This document shows positions 61,364 to 64,000 of a DNA stretch of 64,000 nt, piece by piece. The notes under the pieces are model-generated. The model had not been told where the DNA came from. It worked only from the letters and a program-made list of their open reading frames with translations, and searched no databases. The first letter of the stretch is position 1, and each line of letters opens with the position of its first letter. The stretch is from Phoronis australis (Eukaryota; Animalia; Phoronida): assembly GCA_002633005.1 (NCBI GenBank), contig NMRA01000201.1:580459-644458 (forward strand), in the 5' to 3' direction. A program made the translations under genes and the position numbers.

Positions 61364-64000
61364 TGATACGCCGTAAATGTAACAACAAATGTTACACTTT
61401 TCGTTGCTAAGCCTCTCCTAAAATGTAACAAGTTGTTACACTTTACGTAGTTGTTACATTTCACGTCGAACGCACATGCGAGAAATGTACCATTGTTACA
61501 TTTTACGAAACCCACGTCATATTGCAATGAATTTGACCAAAATCACGAACAAGTGGTATCTGACACGGCCGGGGGGATACTGGAGTATTTTTAGATGAGG
61601 AGCGGTGCCGGAAAATTTTCAATACCTACCCATTTAGAGAGTCGGCTCGTACAAAAAAGTGACCCATTTAGAGACTAATTTGTGTAAAACCTCACATTTT
61701 CGCACACTTCCGTTTCATAAATTCATGAAATGCACCTTTTGGATATAGTTTTGTCGAAAATGATACCATTTTGGAGAGTATATATTCAGTGAAAAACACC
61801 CTTTCGGGCGGCACTTTTCGTATACATCTTCTATACGAATGCCCTCCGGGCTGACACGACATGAATTTGCTACCTATTCTAATTTTTATTAGTATTACAT
61901 GTACATTACTATCACTACTGTTACTACTGTTACTCGTTATCGTTTTTGTTATCCTTATTTTTTATAATATTTTAAAATTTATTTAACGAGGATTCAAACA
62001 TGGTTACCAAAGTGCTAAGACATAATGGACCTCAAAGATTTTAAAAATTATCCCATTTATTGTTCAATGTTGTCATCGGGCTTTCCATATTAGACAGCGA
62101 GTGCTGTTACAAAAGTTCAGCTTTAACGATATTGTGAGGAATGCCTTGACAGCTGTGGATGCAGAGTACGCTTACTTTTTGGAAACGAGGAGGTTGAGAT
62201 TTAAAATCTTGTTGAGACGAGCCCAAATTCAAAAATTGATTATTTCTGAACTACATGAATCGGCAAGCACTGTATTATTTGTAAATATAACTATGTCCAT
62301 CTGTAGTTTGCCACAAAGAACTGAATTCAGACCACAACATTGTCTCTTGTTGAAAACATTCCTTGTCAAAGAACTGGGGATCGTTCAACGATGATTTGTA
62401 AGTTCAAAATTGCCTTACGTTGAACTCTGGAGGCAGACGTTTTTCGAGAACTAACGACTAGTCAGCTTCGGTCAGCGGGTCATTAAAATAGCGGGTAACG
62501 GACACACAAGACACGCAACAATTTTATGTGGAATATCCCCCAATATTCTTAGAAAAACAGTGATTTAACAGAATGACTTGAACTAGGTTTCATTGAAAGT
62601 TGATTGTATGGAACAAAAACCGCCAACGTCGAAGTCAGCGATGTTTAATATGAGCATTTAATATGAGCATTTAATGTAAAAAATTATAAAGCAATGCATC
62701 AAAAGGATACCAAATTCCCTTATCTGCGAGCTGCAACACAAAAATGGCGCCTCATGAGACACGTGAATTCACGTCCATTAATAATAGAATGTGCAATCTT
62801 TATCCTTATTTATTTGTACTTCGAACTAACGACCATTGGTCAATCGGCAATTTTAATTCATAACTTGTATTAAAAGGTAATACAAAGAGAAATTGCATGT
62901 TTTTATAGTCTGAAGGCCCGAGACTAAGCTTTTTTCAACCATTGCCCGTTTAAACTATAGATCTAGACCAGGTTTGAGCAAATTGATCAGATTCCTTCAG
63001 AGTGCTAGGCATCCCATTTTTACATATACACGTCACGGTTTCACTTGTTGTTACAACCACAATCTCAGACAGGTTTGACATGATAGGAACAAAGATATGT
63101 CTTTCGTCACAATGCTTGCCCTTCTCAAAGGCGATATTTTGCTGTTGCTTTGGCAAAATCTGTCAACCTGCCGGCAAATCAATGCGTGCTCTTATTTCCT
63201 TCCACCACAATGTCTTTAAGAAATTGTCATTCGTAACTAAGGTGATAGACGGCACCCGTCGGCATCAGAAAGTTTGATTTTGCTCCTTTTGTGTGAAGCA
63301 GGGCAATTACTGCATTAGCGATGACTCCAAGGCAATTAAACACTGGCCGAAATAAACCAAACTATCGCGGACTAAAACTGGTATTTTTTCTATCAAATTG
63401 GCTTCCGAAATTGAAATCTGCGTTTTGATGGAGAATTTTGTTATCGTCGTTCGTTCCCGAAGAAATACGATAAAAATTAGCCAAATACGATGTCATTGTT
63501 GTTCTTACAAAGAGAAGTGTGTTTACTCTAATGTCGGATAAAAATTGGTTTATGGGCGTCAACAAAAGAATGCAGGAACGCTTTAACGATAAAAAATTGC
63601 TACCTGATCGTGGAAACTAGTTTCGTGTGAAGTTGAAACTGTACGATGTACATTTTTTACTATACCATTAAACTACTCATTTTCAAAAAACCATGGAAAG
63701 TACATTGGGACTCACCTATAACGTCTACCTGGCACATTTGATAGAATTTCATTCACACAATCCGAGAAAGAAGGCGTTAAGTGTGTGAACCGTTTTCCTC
63801 CGTGTGACAAATACCTTGCAAACTCATGAAATATGACGTCACTTTCGTAAAATGTAACGATGGTACATTTCTCGCATGTGCATTCGACGTTAACTGTAAC
63901 AATCACATAAAATGTAACAACTTGTTACATTTTAGGAAAGGCCTAGCAACGTGAAATGTAACAATGACATAAAATGTAACATTTGTTACATTTTACGAAA
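61364..64000. mobile_element. Long-TIR DNA element, copy 2 (right terminus just beyond the window)
   Basis: Starts tgatacgccgtaaatgtaac; about 200-bp inverted arms at 61364-61540 and 63830-64000; collinear with 9828-14894. Confidence 0.8.
61568..61850. mobile_element. MITE with an 8-bp TSD (CTGACACG), nested in copy 2 of the long-TIR element
   Basis: ctgacacg|gccggggggatac ... gccctccggg|ctgacacg. Confidence 0.75.

Overview
Eukaryotic, intron- and transposon-rich invertebrate DNA (roughly 38% GC by eye; a marine lophotrochozoan-type animal is my inference, not proven). I could assemble three spliced genes by hand with phase-consistent GT-AG junctions. (1) A + strand gene with 19 visible exons (6163-41321, 5' end upstream of the window) encodes at least 3,359 aa: EMI-type end, EGF and Cys-rich modules, a WSC domain, then more than 20 divergent FN3/Ig-like repeats, with no C-terminal transmembrane helix. 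(2) A 3-exon - strand gene (48357-44924) encodes a predicted type II membrane protein with five LDL-receptor class A repeats and no protease domain. (3) A - strand SLC22-family transporter (59739-52320) is truncated at its 5' end by an assembly gap. Introns and intergenic DNA hold decayed Tx1/L1-like and CR1/L2-like LINEs, an Academ-like transposon remnant, several MITEs, two copies of a long-TIR composite DNA element, microsatellites and a probable false duplication at an N gap. No CRISPR arrays, rRNA genes or intact tRNA genes were seen.
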